Positions 61,018-64,000 of a DNA stretch of 64,000 bases are shown here, piece by piece (within the stretch, counting starts at the first letter, position 1; every line of letters starts with the position of its first letter). The DNA comes from Bdellovibrionales bacterium (GTDB taxonomy: Bacteria > Bdellovibrionota > Bdellovibrionia > Bdellovibrionales > UBA1609), in the NCBI GenBank assembly GCA_965199825.1, contig OZ241329.1:544001-608000 (forward strand), given 5' to 3'. Made by a program: the position numbers and the translations under genes. A model generated the notes under the pieces. It was given only the letters and a program-made list of their open reading frames with translations, searched no databases and had not been told where the DNA came from.

Positions 61018-61531
61018 TTTTTGTTTTTGTCTCACCAAAATAATAACTCACCACAATTCCATTTTGTAAACCGGCCGCAGTTGCACCACTCAAATAAATA
61101 ACCGGAGCAACTTCGGCTCTTAAGGCCCAGTGCGTACTCGGAAGCAAATATTCAAATGCAATTCCACCCCGAACTCCAAATCGTGCGGTATCCCCTTGGC
61201 GAAGGGGTAGACCAGTGGTCACTCCACCAAAAACATTATACAAAATATGTCCGACCTGCCCTGGCTTTTGCCATGGATCTTCTTCGGCCATAACGTAATA
61301 AGAATAATTGATATCCCCTTCGATAAACCGATCAATGTTGTAGCCTGCGGTAAAAAACACCGCCGATCTCCAACTCAAAAATCTTTGGATGCGCAAACCG
61401 GTGGGCATCCCCAGCACACCGCCAATACCTAACTGACCCTGTCGAAATCCGGTGTACTGGAATGTTTGCTCATCATCGGCATGAGCCGTAATAAAAAAGC
61501 TTAAGAGCAGACCAAGAAAAATGTTTTTCAT
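61007..61531 (-). CDS. small outer-membrane beta-barrel protein
   Basis: Signal peptide; GIGGVLGMPTGL; EVAP; YYF near the C-terminus. Confidence 0.7.
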   Translation of the reverse strand: MKNIFLGLLLSFFITAHADDEQTFQYTGFRQGQLGIGGVLGMPTGLRIQRFLSWRSAVFFTAGYNIDRFIEGDINYSYYVMAEEDPWQKPGQVGHILYNVFGGVTTGLPLRQGDTARFGVRGGIAFEYLLPSTHWALRAEVAPVIYLSGATAAGLQNGIVVSYYFGETKTKIKK

Positions 61532-61616
61532 AGGTTTATTCTAGAAACGAGAAATTCATTTCTGCAAGTCGCGATGCGCTTGCTTGTGAACTTGGTTTTA
61601 AGCAAAATAAAGCACG

Positions 61617-62369
61617 ATGTTTGAACTCACCATCAATCCGCCCTTTCATTCCCGCCGCTATGGTCGATGCCTCGACATCAATCTGTTAGGCCCCCAAAAG
61701 TTGTGCTCCTTTGACTGCCCTTATTGCAATCTTGGCCCGAGTGTCCAGCGCCTCAATCTTATTAAAAAAGGTGAGCTCCAACTTCCTACAAAAGCTGAGG
61801 TCTTGGATCAATTTCGAATTAAAACTTTGGAATATCGTGGAACATTCGACCATGTGATCCTTTCGGGCAATGGTGAGCCCACCCTTCATCCTGAATTTGC
61901 CGAGATCGTGACAGATCTTGCTTTAATTAAACGTGAGCTCGAAATTAAGGGAAAGTTTTTGCTGCTTTCAAACGGAGCTCACTTTGAAAATAAAAATATA
62001 GTTACCGCCGCAAATCTTTTTGATGAGCGTGTGATTAAACTTGATGCGGGCAACGACCGCACTTTAAAAAAAGTAAACCAACCTTTGGTGCGTGCGAATG
62101 TGAACAAAATCTACACGAACATGCGAAAGCTCAAAGACGTCATCATTCAAAGTTTTTTTGTTACCGGAAGTGCCGACAATACAAGTAACGAAGCCATCGA
62201 AGACTGGATGGAAGTCATAGGAATTATCAAACCAAAACTTGTACAAATCTGTACGATCAATCAAACGCCGGCCCTAAGTTCGGTGTTGCCCGCAAGTGAA
62301 GACACTCTTTATACCATTGCTTCAAAACTCAAACGGCGCATTCAAATCGAAAGCAATGTCTTCCTTTAA
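61617..62369 (+). CDS. radical SAM protein
   Basis: CSFDCPYC, SGNGEPTLHP. Confidence 0.9.
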   Translation: MFELTINPPFHSRRYGRCLDINLLGPQKLCSFDCPYCNLGPSVQRLNLIKKGELQLPTKAEVLDQFRIKTLEYRGTFDHVILSGNGEPTLHPEFAEIVTDLALIKRELEIKGKFLLLSNGAHFENKNIVTAANLFDERVIKLDAGNDRTLKKVNQPLVRANVNKIYTNMRKLKDVIIQSFFVTGSADNTSNEAIEDWMEVIGIIKPKLVQICTINQTPALSSVLPASEDTLYTIASKLKRRIQIESNVFL

Positions 62370-63986
62370 TATTTTATTTTTGGTCAACGTCAGATACTTG
62401 TGATTTTCGGGTAAATTTAAAAACAGATCACTCAAGGTCGGATTGAGATTTTTTAAATTTGTATCCCATGGGTATTCCCGCAAAGCATTCAAGCGACTGA
62501 TCCGCTGACCAAGAATTTCCTTGTGATAAAGTGCCAAAAATTTTTCCTGCATCAATTTTTTTTCAGAGTCGCGCGCTTCATGAATCCAAATATAGAGTGC
62601 GTTTAAAGTCTTATCGGTGCAGTCCGGGTTTGCTTCCCCAGTAAAAATCTTGCCACAGCCTTCAAATGATTTAACAAATTTTTTGTTTAAATTCTTTTTT
62701 GCTACCAACTGCCACAAGTCTTGATGATGTTCGACACCCAATTGCTCAAGCTTTGACCATGTATGATTCTGCAGAGCCTGGGTCACACTGGTGTCATAGA
62801 GGGGTGTGGATGTCGGTGTATCTAAATAGGGTCCGTAGCCAAAATTTTTCATTTGTGCCAAAAACTTTTGTTGGTGAGGGTCTTCACTTGGGAAAGGTGC
62901 GGTTTCGAGTTTATCGACCAAGGTATTAAAAAGCTCGGGATGTTTATCATAAATAAAAAGATAAGGATCTGATCTGAGCGCCCCCCTTATGCGGTCACCC
63001 CCGCGCCAAAATCGCAAGGCTGTTTCAGAAATCAAAAAGCGCTCGTCGGGCCACTGCACATGGGGTGTTTCTAAAAATCCAACCAAACTGAGTGCCGGAG
63101 TTGATTCTAAATAAGATAAATTCATTAAATCAAAAAGAGTTCGGCCGACGTCAACCAAAGAGGTGCTTCGATCTATTTTCCACTCGCGAGGTTCTTGTCC
63201 TGCTTTACGAACGGGCTTTATAAACAAAGCCACTTGGGTGCTCGAACTGTGAAGTTCGTTGAGAGAATCCGAACCATTAAGCCCCATTAAAATTACAGTG
63301 GTCTGATCCCATCGCTTTATTTTTTTGAGTTGGGTGACCAAAATATTTAGAGCCTCGCCCACTTCGCCAAGTTGGCTGGTAAAAGAACGTTCTCTCACCT
63401 CACCTTTTAAACTCACTGTGGTCACTTCGGGAAATTGCAGATCAGCAATGTGCACCGCTGCAAAAAAAGACTCGAGCTCACCGAGCTCGCCGATCCATTC
63501 ATTGAGGTGATCGAAGGTATTGCGGGCTGTTCGATAAAGGCGATTTTGGGTCAAAAAAATGGAGTCATCAAAAAGTTCAAACCCCTGGACCAATCCCGAC
63601 TTGCGAAAAATTGGAGGACCACCAGAAAAAAAAGCGGTGTGATAGTTTTGAGCAATTGCAGATTCGGCAACGGTATTGAATTCGGCTGATAAAAAATCGG
63701 TACCATTGTCGTGAACACCAGTTTGCAAAGGAAATTGTGCTGTCAAAACCGATGCCCAAGTGGATTGACTCATCGTGGAGGGGGTGTAGGCGTGAGTGAA
63801 ACGCACCGACTCCTCACAAAATGTGGCAAACCCAGGAAGATCGCGCGAGAGATAAGGATCTGCTCCACAGGAAACAACATTAAATCCTAAACGCTCAACC
63901 CCAATCACCAAAACCGAAGGCTTTTGATTTCCATAAAGGTGACATGCGCACAACTGCATTGAGATAAAAATGAGGAGCCATTTCAT
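62322..63986 (-). CDS. sulfatase/alkaline-phosphatase-superfamily lipoprotein
   Basis: Lipobox-like LCAC; KPSVLVI, RFTHAYTPS, SLVDVGRTL. Confidence 0.75.
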   Translation of the reverse strand: MKWLLIFISMQLCACHLYGNQKPSVLVIGVERLGFNVVSCGADPYLSRDLPGFATFCEESVRFTHAYTPSTMSQSTWASVLTAQFPLQTGVHDNGTDFLSAEFNTVAESAIAQNYHTAFFSGGPPIFRKSGLVQGFELFDDSIFLTQNRLYRTARNTFDHLNEWIGELGELESFFAAVHIADLQFPEVTTVSLKGEVRERSFTSQLGEVGEALNILVTQLKKIKRWDQTTVILMGLNGSDSLNELHSSSTQVALFIKPVRKAGQEPREWKIDRSTSLVDVGRTLFDLMNLSYLESTPALSLVGFLETPHVQWPDERFLISETALRFWRGGDRIRGALRSDPYLFIYDKHPELFNTLVDKLETAPFPSEDPHQQKFLAQMKNFGYGPYLDTPTSTPLYDTSVTQALQNHTWSKLEQLGVEHHQDLWQLVAKKNLNKKFVKSFEGCGKIFTGEANPDCTDKTLNALYIWIHEARDSEKKLMQEKFLALYHKEILGQRISRLNALREYPWDTNLKNLNPTLSDLFLNLPENHKYLTLTKNKILKEDIAFDLNAPFEF

Positions 63987-64000
63987 AAACCTTGAATGTT

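Noticed and set aside
1..64000. tRNA, rRNA or riboswitches (e.g. glmS ribozyme)
   Set aside because: No cloverleaf or rRNA-like segment recognised; glmS follows glmU by only 5 nt, leaving no room for a ribozyme.

Overview
Bacterial chromosomal window, most likely Bdellovibrionota. This is inferred from gene content: a flagellar hook/basal-body operon with a sigma54 activator, two flagellins, a Tad/FHA cluster and many small secreted proteins. Core content: flgBC-fliEFGHIJ-motE-fliK-flgD-flgE, mlaEFD, dciA/trmFO, glmUS, an mpaA-like peptidase with a histidine kinase and sigma54 regulator, purD, thyA/folA, a kinase-less response-regulator cluster, two fliC, yggU-divIVA-proC-yggS-maf and tadC-FHA genes. 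Three accessory islands stand out. Two are related DUF222-like HNH nuclease loci (~20.1-21.45 kb and ~31.4-33.0 kb). Each carries a dense, nearly unidirectional cluster of GGGCACGA in its non-coding flank(s) and inside its own coding sequence, and the two share a conserved ~230 bp upstream architecture. The third is an HUH/Y1 (RAYT-like) transposase next to ~143 bp tandem repeats, whose GCACTGTCATT core brackets a gene for a signal-peptide-bearing J-domain protein. Other oddities include a Tyr-to-Phe Y1 paralogue between thyA and folA, an HPF-like/receiver fusion, several apparent pseudo-enzymes and frequent leaderless-type promoters. All calls come from reading the sequence by eye; no searches were run.
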